A DNA stretch of 64,000 bases from Octopus bimaculoides (taxonomy: Eukaryota), in NCBI RefSeq assembly GCF_001194135.2, contig NC_069003.1, positions 19,800,322 through 19,864,321 of the forward strand, written 5' to 3'. The notes beneath the pieces are model-generated. The model searched no databases, had not been told where the DNA came from, and saw only the letters and a program-made list of their open reading frames with translations. The position numbers and the translations under genes are program-made. Shown here in pieces: positions 1-12,607 of the stretch; the first letter of the stretch is position 1, and each line of letters begins with the position of its first letter.

Positions 1-77
1 TAACTTGTTGTCTCTTGAGGTCTCTGGGTGAGACTTGGATCCAACTTGTACAAATGCAAAACAAAAGTCAAACATAA

Positions 78-146
<69 letters not shown>
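1..146 (+). mobile_element. 3' end (UTR plus (TAA)n tail) of a probable R4/Dong-type LINE, cut by the window edge
   Basis: Unique 3'-UTR-like segment ending directly in a long perfect (TAA)n run, the same tail type as the Dong-like copy at 318-1597; no coding part in the window. Confidence 0.4.
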
Positions 147-317
147 TTCTTTTATTTGCTACTAGGGTGGGGGATGAGGAGGGACAATGCAAAGACACGT
201 AAAGTGTAAGAGTTTACATATAATGGAATGATTTGAGACAGAGAGACAGACAGAGACAGACAGACAGATAGATAGAGAAGTATACACAGTATACAATAAA
301 AGAAATTTCAAAGCATT

Positions 318-1594
318 ATTATTATTATTATTATTATTATTGTTCAGTAGTTTTATTTTTATAACGTGCTTTCACTTCACTACCGAGCGCAGCTCTGTGC
401 GCCTTGGGTATGTGCTGTGGTTTGCTGTGGTGCTCTTATGGTTACTGTATTGAAAGTGTTTTGTGTAGAATGTGTGCAGTACCCAGTAGTGCAATTTTCT
501 GTGTTATATATATTTGTAAGTCCTGGTGTTTTTGTTATGTATTTGTCTGAATATTTTTTTATTATACCTAAGGCACCTACTATGATAGGAATTGTTTCTG
601 TTTTTAGATTCCACATTCGAGTTATCTCTATTTCCAGGTCTTTGTATTNNNNNNNNNNNNNNNNNNNNNNNNNNNNNNNNNNNNNNNNNNNNNNNNNNNN
701 NNNNNNNNNNNNNNNNNNNNNNNNNNNNNNNNNNNNNNNNNNNNNNNNNNNNNNNNNNNNNNNNNNNNNNNNNNNNNNNNNNNNNNNNNNNNNNNNNNNN
801 NNNNNNNNNNNNNNNNNNNNNNNNNNNNNNNNNNNNNNNNNNNNNNNNNNNNNNNNNNNNNNNNNNNNNNNNNNNNNNNNNNNNNNNNNNNNNNNNNNNN
901 NNNNNNNNNNNNNNNNNNNNNNNNNNNNNNNNNNNNNNNNNNNNNNNNNNNNNNNNNNNNNNNNNNNNNNNNNNNNNNNNNNNNNNNNNNNNNNNNNNNN
1001 NNNNNNNNNNNNNNNNNNNNNNNNNNNNNNNNNNNNNNNNNNNNNNNNNNNNNNNNNNNNNNNNNNNNNNNNNNNNNNNNNNNNNNNNNNNNNNNNNNNN
1101 NNNNNNNNNNNNNNNNNNNNNNNNNNNNNNNNNNNNNNNNNNNNNNNNNNNNNNNNNNNNNNNNNNNNNNNNNNNNNNNNNNNNNNNNNNNNNNNNNNNN
1201 NNNNNNNNNNNNNNNNNNNNNNNNNNNNNNNNNNNNNNNNNNNNNNNNNNNNNNNNNNNNNNNNNNNNNNNNNNNNNNNNNNNNNNNNNNNNNNNNNNNN
1301 NNNNNNNNNNNNNNNNNNNNNNNNNNNNNNNNNNNNNNNNNNNNNNNNNNNNNNNNNNNNTGATTTCTTGTTTGTATTTGTCAGCTTCCTTAAATACTGA
1401 AAACAGTTTTTTGTTTTACTCGTGTTTTGTGGCTATTTGTATTAGTTTCCCTTGCTTCTGGAGTAGGTATTTTTGCAGTCCTATGGTGGTTATTTTATAA
1501 TAGTTTTCTAGCTGTATAAGACCCCTGCCACCTTCTGTGCGTTGTATATATAGCCTTTCTATGTCAGATTTTGGGTGGTGCATCCTATATCCTG

Positions 1595-1597
<3 letters not shown>
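318..1597 (-). mobile_element. 5'-truncated R4/Dong-clade non-LTR retrotransposon (post-RT region, REL-endonuclease C-terminus, 3' UTR, (TAA)n tail), interrupted by a gap
   Basis: ORF 1416-1664 encodes HHPKSDIERLYIQRTEGGRGLIQLE (HP..D..RLY..R..GGRGL motif); ORF 380-616 encodes MWNLKTETIPIIVGALGIIKK (C-terminal REL region); (TAA)n on the sense strand at both ends. Confidence 0.85.
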
Positions 1598-1646
<49 letters not shown>

Positions 1647-1857
1647 GCTTTCAAATTTTGGCACAAGACCAGCAATTTCAGGGGAGGGGATTAGTCCATA
1701 ACATCAACTGCAGTGTTCAAATAATACTTATTTTATTGACCCCAAGAGGATGAAGAGTAAAGTCGACCTTGGCAAAATTTGAACTCAGAATGTAAAGACA
1801 GATGAAATGCTGCTAAACATTTTGCCCAGTGTGCTAAGAATTATGTCAGCTTGCTGA
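1647..1857 (-). mobile_element. SINE family B (tRNA-like head, Nin/Deu-like central domain)
   Basis: Reverse complement matches the recurring consensus GCTGGCAGAAT..TTAGCAC..GGCAAAATGCTTAG..TTCTGAGTTCAAATT..GTCGACTTTGCCTTTCATCC seen more than 20 times in the window. Confidence 0.75.
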
Positions 1858-1870
1858 AGACACACCATTC

Positions 1871-2069
1871 TGTACACACACACACACACACACACTACCA
1901 TGTAAACATACACACACTACCATGTACACACACACACACACACACACACTACCATGTATGCATACACACACACACACGCATACACTACCATGTACACATA
2001 CACTATTATGTACACATACTACCATGTACACACACACACTACTATGTACACACAAACACACTACCATGT

Positions 2070-2101
<32 letters not shown>

Positions 2102-2160
2102 TACCATGTACACATACACATTAGCCAGAACATACAGTCACACACACTATGTGCACACAC
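1871..2160. repeat. Compound minisatellite: CTACCATGTA core followed by variable (CA)n
   Basis: About 9 reiterations of ctaccatgta/ctatgta separated by CA tracts of different lengths. Confidence 0.9.
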
Positions 2161-2564
2161 ATACACTACATTGTACATTACAAAATAAAGTTGCCAATCT
2201 TTGACTTAGACAATAAACAACCTTCAACACCTGTATCATATGCTGTGTTCTTTTAATTCAGAACATTTTGTATTTCAACTAAATTCAACAACAGCAACAC
2301 AAAAATGATAAAAACCATTGAAAAAAGGAAAGGATTGGAATAAGAGAAAGATGGTGAAAGAAGAAAGCCATCTGTCATATATTGAGATATGTTAAATGTC
2401 ACAAAAGAAATAACTAAGATCTTTATCTATTGAATTGAAAAATCAACCAATCAGCTGAACTAAGTTTTATGAATCAAAAATGTTAAAATGCTGAATAATA
2501 CACTTGAAGAAAAATATATTCAAATAACTTTTTTTCTCTCTTTTACACATATCCTGTTCTTTAG

Positions 2565-2570
2565 AACTTG
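2565..2570 (+). other. Candidate 6-nt microexon (AACTTG)
   Basis: ttttttctctcttttacacatatcctgttctttAG|AACTTG|GTGAGT; strong pyrimidine tract and consensus donor; motif only. Confidence 0.2.
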
Positions 2571-3277
2571 GTGAGTAAAATATCTTGATTGTAAAGATAT
2601 TCACATATAAATATTATTCAAAAAAGGAGGGAAAAAAAATTTGTCTGATATTGTTCACTTAAATAATCCATACATAATATTTCCTGTCTAGATTTTACTG
2701 TATTAGGTAAATGAGAGGAATTACTCTTCAATAAATGAAATTAAAATCTTCAGTTAAAATTATTCCTAGCATGCATCAGTTCGGTTTTCCATCTTTACAT
2801 ATTACTTCATTTTAGGTCTTTAGAAATCATACTTTATTCTTAAAAATCTTTAATTTAGAATCTATTCATTGAAACATCTAAATCTTGCAATAATTAATTA
2901 TTCTTGAACTTTGGTTCAAATTATGCATCTTTGAAGGATTATTATAATCATTTTCTTTACACATGACAAAGAGACACAAAATATCTTTACCAACACAAAA
3001 CATTGAAAATGTTTTAGTGGTAATTATCTTTTTTGTAAAGTATTGGCACAAACACTCAAAATGGTTATGGCAGCTAATTAGCTTTTTGTCAGAGGTTAAC
3101 CAGTAATTTGAATTAAGTTAGAGTAGATGATTAAAATCACCTTTTTATGACATACAGGTTACAATATCTGTTGAGCAGAATATAACGTGTATGAATTTCA
3201 TTAATCCCAGAATTTACAATCAAATTAATAAAGTTACACATTATCAAGTACATAAACTAAATCATATTCAATTCCAT

Positions 3278-3492
3278 TAACATTTAATCTAGGCATATCC
3301 AGCCCAAATAGCTTGCCTGTTTTATATTAAAACTGACCTGATTTAACCTCTTGCACTTACCCTACTATGTCATTCTAAAAATATACAAGCACACCATTAA
3401 AATCTTGAAATTACAAAATAATGCATGATTAATTCAAAACAATGTGAATAAATAAGCAATACATTTGGCAAAGAAATCTGAATGCTAAAGGG
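3278..3492. mobile_element. piggyBac-type MITE (CCC/GGG termini, TTAA target)
   Basis: Ends in aatgctaaagggTTAA; same internal sequence as copies at 11068, 14624, 32175 and 47320. Confidence 0.6.
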
Positions 3493-3582
3493 TTAAAGTA
3501 CCAAATACTATCAGATAATTTAGCCCCATACACATATTTCCATTCATGGTGTTGTTCTTAGGCAAAAGTGTTAACTGCTTAC

Positions 3583-3652
3583 ATATGTAACAGCAGTGGT
3601 TCCTGATCTAAAGGTAATGACCTAATTGAGTCACTAAATAATTCTGAAAAGG
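3583..3652 (-). CDS. Candidate coding exon of an unidentified minus-strand gene (FSELFSDSIRSLPLDQEPLLLH); the frame stays open up to an alternative acceptor at 3772
   Basis: Acceptor tctttttctatctctacAG, donor GTAAGC, open frame; the 190-nt version 3583-3772 is also open. No family recognised. Confidence 0.3.
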
Positions 3653-3932
3653 CTGTAGAGATAGAAAAAGATTTTTTAACTTTGAACAATTTGATAAAAT
3701 AAAAAATGTTTTCTAAATATGTTGTACAATAAGCCTTAAGCATCTTAAGAGCTACATACTGCACAACATTTCCTACAAATAAAGACTAAGAACTATTCTC
3801 TCAAAGAAAAGTATCCAGTATTAAGTGCACTCCATTAGAATATATATTTTGGGGGAAATTGTTTATTATTTTATATATTGATAATAAAGGGGCATAAGAG
3901 GAAGATATCTTTTCTGTTAATAAGTACTGATT

Positions 3933-4240
3933 GCAGCATAGCTGAAATGGTTAAGGAGTTTTCTTCACAATCATGAGGTCTTGGGTTCAATTGCACCATG
4001 TGGCATTTTGGACAAGTTTCCTGGATCAACTCAAACATTGTGTGTGAAGCTGGGTAGATGGAAACAGAAAACCTAACAGATGGGATGCATCTGTAATACA
4101 AATGTCCAGTCTTGTCACACTATGCTATACTGATTCTGACAGAGGATTTGTTAAAGGTACACTTATCTCAGCCACTTAGACACTAATTAGTGAGTAGGTT
4201 GTTCAGCTTAATTGAACAACAGAACACTCAACATCAAAAC
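3933..4240 (+). mobile_element. tRNA-derived SINE, separate family; a related tail lies on the minus strand near 38467-38620
   Basis: A-box-like TAGCTGAAATGG and B-box-like GGTTCAATT; 3' part cagccactt..ttaatt..gagtaggttgttc matches the reverse copy near 38500. Confidence 0.5.
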
Positions 4241-4296
4241 GAAAAAAAGATTCATCACTTCCTGCCACTACTTTCACAATTACACATTTTATATAC

Positions 4297-4470
4297 AAGG
4301 CACTGAGCTGGCAGAATCATTAGCACACCAGGCAAAATGCTTACCAGTATTTCATCTGTCCTTATGTTCTGAGTTCAAATTCCACCATGGCTGACTTTGT
4401 CTTTCATCCCTTTAGGGTCAATGAAGTAAGTACCAGTTGATCACTGAGGTCAAAGTAATCAACTTAACTA
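4297..4470 (+). mobile_element. SINE family B
   Basis: gagctggcagaatcattagcacaccaggcaaaatgctta...ctttcatccc...aagtaccagttga. Confidence 0.75.
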
Positions 4471-7400
4471 CTGGGTATGAGTATAAAAGAACTGCATTCC
4501 TCTGCCAAGCTACGTTGAGCGAGTGTTGAAGAATAGGCTCATCAAACTAGTATGATCTCAAACTCAAATTCATGGTTGGGTGGAGAGAACATGCTGAAGC
4601 CTTCAACCTACAGTGGACTGAATATGGGAAATCCAACCCAATCCGATGTACAAGACTTATACTGAAAAAGTAAACCACGAACTATTAATTCTTGGGTTGA
4701 ATTGGCATCCATAATTTTTGGTTAAACATCTCATTTGCATCTAGTTTTACAAAATCATCAGTGGTGGCATCATCATCATTTTAGTGTTCACTTTTCTATG
4801 CTTGTATGGATCAGATGAAATTCATTGAGGCATACCTTATATGGTTAGATGCTCTTCCAACCACCAACCCTCACCTGTTTCCAAGGATTTGTTAAGGCAG
4901 ATTTTTTACAGCTGGATGCCCTTCCTGTCACCAACTTTCAACTGTTTCCTGGTGAGGTAATATTTTTCCTTGGTCACACATATTTTCATGAAAGATTGAA
5001 AATGAAGAACATCATTTGTATGATGAAAATGCGCATTTACAACTATTACGTAATGTCAAGACAAGGAAACACACACACACAGATTCACCTCCATGCAGCA
5101 TATGAACACACATATATACACATATGAAGGGTTCTTTTTGGTTTCCATCTCCTAAGTCCACTCATAAGGCATTAAAAATAATAATATATTTTTTTAGTGT
5201 CTAAACCTAAATTGTTAATTATTTAATACAAGACAACATACTTGTTAATATTAATCTTACTGTATATGTTACTATGTGGTTTATAAAATTATTTTATTTT
5301 AAAATCTATGTCCAGCCTTGATATATCTATGTCCCTGTCTCTCTTCCTCTCCTCTTTTTTTCATCTTTCTCCTGTTATAAGATTAAATTCTTACAAAATT
5401 ATTCCCCAGTGACATTTAAATAAATGGTTCTAAGCTAATGCTTACAAAATTTTATTACAATTCTATTCTAAAAACATTTGGTGGGGTTGGATATTTTGTT
5501 TGTGTGAAAATAAAGCACCGTTCTTCAAGTAAAAGGAAATTAGATTTACACACAAAAATATGTATATGTACGCATTTATTGTGAAGAGCAGATGGGAGCA
5601 ATTCAACAGAGCTAAAATCCAATTCTGGTTTAAAGGAAAATAAATATTCAAATAGACTGGCAAACACTCATTTCAAATAAGCAACAACTTCTTTGTACAA
5701 TGGAATAGAAGATAATTTTTTCCTTTATTTTTCTTTCTCTGTTCTTTTCTTTTTTGCAGAAAACAACAAAAGAGATTTACACTCTGTAAATAAGTAGACA
5801 ATATGGTACATGTCTGAAGTATGAAGTTATGTGACAGAGACAGAATATTGGCAGAGATACATATGATAAATACAGGAATATCATTTAGAGAAGAATAAAT
5901 TGAGAATTACATTTAGTATTACAAGCACAAATACAAGAAAGATAGAATGAATATTGAATGGTATTGTGGTGGGAGGGTAGGTTCTTAAGTCTTAGTCAAT
6001 GCCTGGTAGAGAAAGGAAAAGCAGATAGGAGAGAAAGAGTTTTCACAATGGTTCGGACATGATATGAAAAATTGATCATGATTTAAACTAATCAACTATT
6101 GTGATATTCAGAGATATATCCCAGTCTCTCTCATCTCAACCAGATGAATATATGAGGAGAAAAAAAATATAGACACCAACAAAATATCAACTTTATCTTT
6201 TTTTTTTCTTTTCTATTTTTCTTGTAAGATTGTATAATAAATCACTTTTTCTTGAGAAAATACTTTATAATATATCAACCAAAACCACTATCCACCTCAT
6301 CCAATCTAGCCAGAATCATCACACAAACTTCCATACAGATTGGCACTGCCCCAGAATGAAACCAGTAAAAATGTAAATATATTTTGACATTTCCAAACTT
6401 CAACTCTGAAAAGTATACAAAACAAATGTGAACCAGTGACAAAATAGCTTTTATGAAGTTACAGCTAGAAACAATAACCAAATCTTCCTTGAACCACATC
6501 TTATTATCTTAGAAATAAAGGCTTCTCCCATACACAATGCAGTTGACATGTGAAAGTAAGAAACAAAGTTGCCATTCTGTATCATAAATAGTGTATAAAG
6601 ACACATACACACACACACACACACACACCTTGTCACCACTATTTTTATCTTTATGCAATGTGAGGTAGCCATGTATCTCCTCTATAGCAAGACATGTACT
6701 TGTCCCTCTCAACACATGGCAAAAGGACACCCATCTCTCAAATACACCCACACTTGAACACCCCTGCCCTGTTCCTTTCATATCTTTCACGCTACTCGTT
6801 ACCAGTGACACAAAGAAGAAACAAAGAAACAAACACTCAGTGCATTCTGTAAAGCAGTGGACATTAGAAAGGAAAGACAGTAAAAGAAGCAATGTCAAAG
6901 CTGAGAGTGGAGCTTGACACATTTCTTGGACATATTTGATCCTGTCAAACCATCCAACCCATGCCAATAAGGAACTTGGACATTAAATGATAGCAGTGAG
7001 GATGATGATATGTGAGAGTGGAGAGGAGGCAGAATTGGTAACATACTGAGTTCTAATCCCAGCCACATTAGCTTTATGTTTCCTTCTTCCAAACTCAACA
7101 GAAAGAAATATCCACCAAAGTACTGGAGCCAATGTAACTGAATAAACATTTGAAAGTGATGCCCCAGAATGGCCAGTCTTATGACAGAAACTAATAAAAG
7201 AATAGCAATCATCCCTGTAAATTTTGAAGACCTTTCAAAGAATGCTCATTACAGATGGTTTTTTTTGTTTCTTTCCTTGAAAAATACTCAAAGGCTTTAT
7301 GAAAGAAATTTTTTTGTTAAGTGACTGCATTCAAGATGCATTTAACAAAGCTGCACTGAGAATCTGTGTCCCCTACTAACAATGGTAGGTCCTTATTTTC

Positions 7401-7507
7401 ATGTCGTGTGTGTCTGTCAAGAATATCAATAAAGATGAATGGTTTTCATCCTCTATTAGAATGAAAACTGCTAACATGAAATGATGTATGCACCTGTGAT
7501 TATGTCT

Positions 7508-7593
7508 GCATGACATATACATACATATATGTATGAACATATACATATATGCATGACATATACATACATATATGTATGAACATATACATATAT
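7508..7593. repeat. Perfect 43-bp tandem duplication inside a TA/CA-rich tract
   Basis: gcatgacatatacatacatatatgtatgaacatatacatatat occurs twice, at 7508 and 7551. Confidence 0.9.
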
Positions 7594-7846
7594 GCATGAG
7601 TGTATACATATAAGTGTATATACACATATATGTATTGACACATGCATATATGTATGAATGTATGCATACACATGTATGAAATAAGCATATACCAATGAAG
7701 ATGTGCATATCTGTGAATGTATATACATACCTCTGGACACATACAGACAGATAGGAATGAACATACACATACACTGATTACATCATGGGTACAAAAGATG
7801 CAGGGTTATGGCCCCCAGGTATTCTTTAACCCTTTTTCTCCTATCT

Positions 7847-8238
7847 CTTTTATCTTGTTTCAGTCATTAAACTGTGGTCATGCTGGGACACCATCTTAAG
7901 GAATCTTTAGTTGAATTAACTGACCCTAATTTTTATTTTATTTTCAAACCTGGTACTTATTCCATCAGTCTCGTTTGCTGAACTGCAAAGTTACAAAGAT
8001 GAAAACGCACCAACATCAGTTGTCAAGTGGTGGTGGAGAACACACACTCACACACACATATATACATATACACATGCAACGGACTTCTTTCAGTTTCTGT
8101 CTACCAAATCCACTGACAGGGCTTTGGTTGGCCTGAGCCAATAGTGGAAGACACTCGTCCAAGGCACCACGCACTCGGAGTGAACCTGGAACAATGTGGT
8201 TGGAAAGCAAACTTCTTACCACACAGCCATGCCTGCAT
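7847..8238 (-). mobile_element. SINE family A (tRNA head, internal TA/TG microsatellite, conserved tail)
   Basis: Reverse complement of the consensus best seen at 20466-20879. Confidence 0.8.
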
Positions 8239-8329
8239 CTCTACAAAGGTTTTTTTTTTTTAAACTCATTATAATTATTACATACTATTATTAACAGTTG
8301 TATCTACTTCAAGACTTGTCCTTACAATG

Positions 8330-8376
<47 letters not shown>

Positions 8377-8547
8377 CAAATATGTATGGCTGTATATGTG
8401 TATGTTTGCATGTATATGCATTCCTGATAAAAAAAGACAGAGAGCTATATACAATATTATGTTACAAGTGTGTAGAGCCTAATGTATGAGGAGATGCTAA
8501 ATTATTTTAATCACCCAAAAATTAAAGTCATATCTATAGGCACAGAC

Positions 8548-8897
8548 AAGGTTGTACGGTTGAGAAACTTGCTCCCCAACCATGTGGTCTTCGGTTCAAT
8601 CCCACTGTACAGCACCTTGTCTTCTACTAGAGCCTTAGGTCAACCAAAGTTTTTTGAGTCAATTTGGTAGACAGAAACTGATATATAAACATGTGTGATG
8701 CATTTGTTTCCCACCACCACTTGACAACCGGCATTGGTTTGTTTATGTCCCACATAACCTAGAAGTTTTGCAAAACAGACTGATAGAGTAAGTACATGAC
8801 TTGAAAATAAGTACAGGGGTCGATTTGATCAACAAACCCTTCCAGGCAGTGCCCCAGCATGGCCACAGTCCAATGACCGTAACATGTAAAAGAAAGA
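8548..8897 (+). mobile_element. SINE family A
   Basis: B-box GGTTCAATCCC, body and tail (cttgacaaccgg...gtcgatttg...cagcatggcc) match the family. Confidence 0.75.
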
Positions 8898-9972
8898 TAT
8901 CAGGAAGAATTAAACATTTTTGAAACAATGATCAAATTAACCAAATAAAGGTGAAGGAGATAACTCAAAAACAAACAAGCAGATAAACAAAAAAAATAAA
9001 GAGAGACTATATTGCTGGATGATAGACTTGTTCAATTGGTCTCTTGTTCAACTGGTATCAGTAGATGCAGAAAAAGGAAACACATACACACACAGAGGCA
9101 GGCAGACAAACACACGTATCAGCCACCAACTGCACTTAAAAATCCATATCAGTATTATAATCTCTCTCTCCCTCGATCTCTCTCTCCCTCGATCTCTCTC
9201 TCGATCTCTCTCTCTCATACACACCCTATGCTTCTTAATCATGTGCTGTGTTTGTTATTTGTTAATAGTTTCCAATACACACCACTCTAAATTAATGTGT
9301 TGGTCAGGTCTTGTTAACACTACATAGCATATTCACATGCATTTAATTACTATTATTATTATTATCAATATTATTACTAAAACCTGTACACACACATACA
9401 CACACAGAAGCTGTTTATTTAGTACCATTGCCATTGTTCTGAACAGAAATCCTTGCATGTGAGCATAAAACAGTTAGTTAGTATCAGCAAGTATCTGATT
9501 CTGATCTTTTGCAATAGATTTACATAACTATTGATTGATTTATCGTCTATCACCCACATCAACACGCGTGCACACACACAGCCACACCTGTGCCTACATA
9601 TAATATAGCTACACATCAATATACATGAACAGAGAGAGACACACATACAAAGCTACATGAGCCAAACCAGCATCTACATACAGTATATGAGCACATCAGT
9701 ATACATACATGCACAGACACACGCAAACACATGGCAAGAAACATACACATACTCTAATATACACACAAATGTATGTGCACATGTCTGTCTGAGTATGTGT
9801 TTGTGAGTGTGTATGAGAAATTCTGTTAAAAGGCATTTTTTAACCTGGTATTTTAGTTCTTAACATATTTCCTACTTTATCCTAGATATCTGGGAACAAA
9901 ACTATATTATTCACATGCATGCTCACGCACGCGCGCACACACACACACACACACGCATATATACATACCTAT

Positions 9973-10295
9973 AGGTGCAGGCATGGCTGTATGGTTAAGA
10001 AGCTTGCTTTGGGACCCTGTGATTTCAGGTTCAGTCCCACTGCATAGCACCTTGGGTGTTTTCTATTACACACCTGGATCAACTTATGCCTTGTGAGTGA
10101 ATTTATAGACAGAAATTATGTAGACAACTGGTGTTGGTTTGTTCACATTCCCATAACTTAGTGCTTCAGCAAAAAAGATTGACAGGGTAAGTACGAGACT
10201 TAAAAATATGTACCAGGGTCGATTTGTTTGATTGAACCCTTCAAGGCAGTGCCCCAGTATTGCTGTAGTTCTTAATAATTTAAACATGTAGAATA
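9973..10295 (+). mobile_element. SINE family A
   Basis: ggtgcaggcatggctgtatggttaagaagcttgc...ggttcagtcccactg... plus tail. Confidence 0.75.
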
Positions 10296-10604
10296 ATAAA
10301 CACACACACACACACACACACACACATGCATATACACATACATACATTTGAATTTACAAATGAGAAGAAAAAACACCGAGTAAAAAATAAGTAGAATATA
10401 AACATTTATGAAAGAGCTGAGATTGTTCTGTGTTGCCATTCAGAGTTTTATTTCACTGCTGACCATTGTCGTGCAAGTGGAATGATTGAAAATGGTGTGT
10501 GTGTGTGTGTGTGTGTGTGTGCACGCTCACAATCAATCCATGGACCAATAAAACTAAACCACAGAATATTGACTTTGTTTATGACACATACATTAATGTA
10601 TATT

Positions 10605-10705
10605 GCTTTGGTTCAATGGTAGAACATCTGTCATGTGTACAGAACCCATGGATTCAAATCCTATAGACAGCTATCAACTTTTTCTATCCAAAGGATTTTT
10701 TTTCA
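10605..10705 (+). pseudogene. tRNA-like sequence (tRNA pseudogene or SINE head) followed by a T-run; a related copy lies near 43375-43465
   Basis: A-box-like TGGTTCAATGG, B-box-like GATTCAAATCC, downstream TTTTTTT; no convincing cloverleaf. Confidence 0.4.
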
Positions 10706-11067
10706 CCCAATATTTACACGCTGTTATTTACAGCATTATCTACTTCAAGTTCCACCGTTAAAAACAAATTATTTCTCACTGTCTCAGAGTTTCTAAGTTC
10801 TTATGACATAAATTAACATATTTAATACTCTACACGCTTTCAACACAGCTGTACTGAGCATTTATCTTTTTGTACCAAAAATGAAAAACACTCTAATCAC
10901 ATGAGTAGGGATTTGTAATGTTGTATTATGATGTTCACAATGACTAGCATATTCAAGAAATGTACCAGCAGCCAAATTCTATATGATGCCTAGCGAAATT
11001 GCTGCAGAAACTCTCAAACTGCTTTGTCAGGTCTTTGTCATATTTTAGGTCAAACACAGGTTTTAAA

Positions 11068-11287
11068 CCCTTTAGCATTCAGATTACTCTGTCAAATGTA
11101 ATGTTTATTTATTCACATTATTTTGAATTAATCATGCATTATCTCATACCTTCGAGATTTTGATGAAGTGATGTAATATTTTTAGAATGACATTGTAGGG
11201 TAGGTGTAAGAGGCCACAAACTGACAGTTTGAACATAAAATGGGTAGAATATTTGGACCAGACATGGCTAGTTTAAATGCTAGAGGA
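11068..11287. mobile_element. piggyBac-type MITE
   Basis: ccctttagcatt ... aatgctagagga TTAA, with degenerate terminal inverted repeats. Confidence 0.65.
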
Positions 11288-11627
11288 TTAAATAGCATGC
11301 ATGCTTCAAGGTTGATCAAGTGCCAGTTCAAAATGAAAAGCATTCAAGGTAACTGATCACTCCTAAAATAGCAGAAAGTGTGGAAAATGATGCCATGCTT
11401 AGGCTGTCTTTGAGAGAACAGAAGTACTAGCAGAAGTTAGGATAATAAAAGATGTAAGTTAAACTAAATTAGTCTGTTCTAATTTGCATAACTGTGCAAG
11501 TACTGGCAATGTGAACAACTGATTGATATATATATATATATTATTAACATAAATACGCTACAATTCTCCTTATGGGGTTGACGAAAATAATCATTGGATC
11601 TCTGATGAAGGAGTAAATATATATATG

Positions 11628-11661
<34 letters not shown>

Positions 11662-11793
11662 ACCAATCNNNNNNNNNNNNNNNNNNNNNNNNNNNNNNNN
11701 NNNNNNNNNNNNNNNNNNNNNNNNNNNNNNNNNNNNNNNNNNNNNNNNNNNNNNNNNNNNNNNNNNNNNNNNNNNNNNNNNNNNNNNNNNNNN

Positions 11794-11854
<61 letters not shown>

Positions 11855-12394
11855 ATCTAACTCATGCTAGCATGGAAAAACACAGTCATTAAATGAATGA
11901 GCAAATGAACAAATATAATGAGGAATATAGTTAATTTCAAATTTGTTTCTTTTTTTTGTTTTTTTTTAACTCAAGGAAACTAACTAGATTATAAAATATA
12001 TTTCATGATATAACTAGAGAGGGATGTGGACAGAGAGATAGATATGGATGGAGAGAGAAAAAGAGACAGAGAAAAGACAGGAAAGTGAGATGACAAAAGA
12101 GAAATTGGTGTAAACAAAAGTGTGGATGGTGTGGGTAATAGTGGATGTGCTGGAGGGCAAGAATGAACAAGTGAATAGAAGGGGGGATAAGGGGGATAGA
12201 AGGTGGATGAAGATAGGGAGGAGGAGAAGGGATAAGCCCTAACCAATGAGAAGTAAAGTGAAAGGGCAAGTGCCTTAAAGTAAAATAAAGAGAGGAAGAT
12301 TGAAAGAGGAAGAAGGTGAGAATGAGAGGGTGAGAGAATGAGGAAGAGAGAGAGACAGAGAGAGACAGAAAGACAGAAAGAGAGAGAGACAGAC

Positions 12395-12462
<68 letters not shown>

Positions 12463-12607
12463 TGAGATTAGTAAGTTAAAACTAAATACACCAATAGATA
12501 TCTAAAATAAGCACTAATAGATTATTGTGTTGTGTTGCCATATTGCTACCATGGCAACCACTATAATCTACAGTTCAATACTGCATGGTACTGACACTGA
12601 CTTTGTG

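Noticed and set aside
366-1500. Long ORFs 366-1400 and 592-1500 (also 50548-51462 and its neighbours)
   Set aside because: Length is due to N-gaps translated as X; flanks are antisense LINE or SINE sequence.
1598-1857. Idea that Dong LINEs mobilise SINE family B through a shared tail
   Set aside because: Family B tails read (ATT)n on the sense strand in the chains, whereas Dong tails read (TAA)n, and I see no shared 3' sequence; unsupported.
1871-2160. Repeat-spacer pattern superficially like a CRISPR array (also the SINE chain at 48-50 kb)
   Set aside because: Spacers are simple CA or ATT tracts, the context is eukaryotic, and there are no cas genes.
1846-2204. His/Thr- and Cys/Val-rich ORFs resembling metal-binding proteins (many similar ones across the window)
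   Set aside because: They are (CA)n/(TG)n/(TA)n repeat translations.
5730-5806. Very strong + strand acceptor (tttgCAG at about 5759)
   Set aside because: All three frames stop within 40 nt and the following donor is weak; more simply an A-rich tract on the other strand.
7441-7470. Small hairpin gttttcat..atgaaaac as a miRNA precursor
   Set aside because: Stem too short (8 plus 3 bp) and AT-rich; expected by chance.
10448-10498. Possible exon EFYFTADHCRASGMIENG
   Set aside because: The donor is merely the start of a (GT)n microsatellite; no other support.
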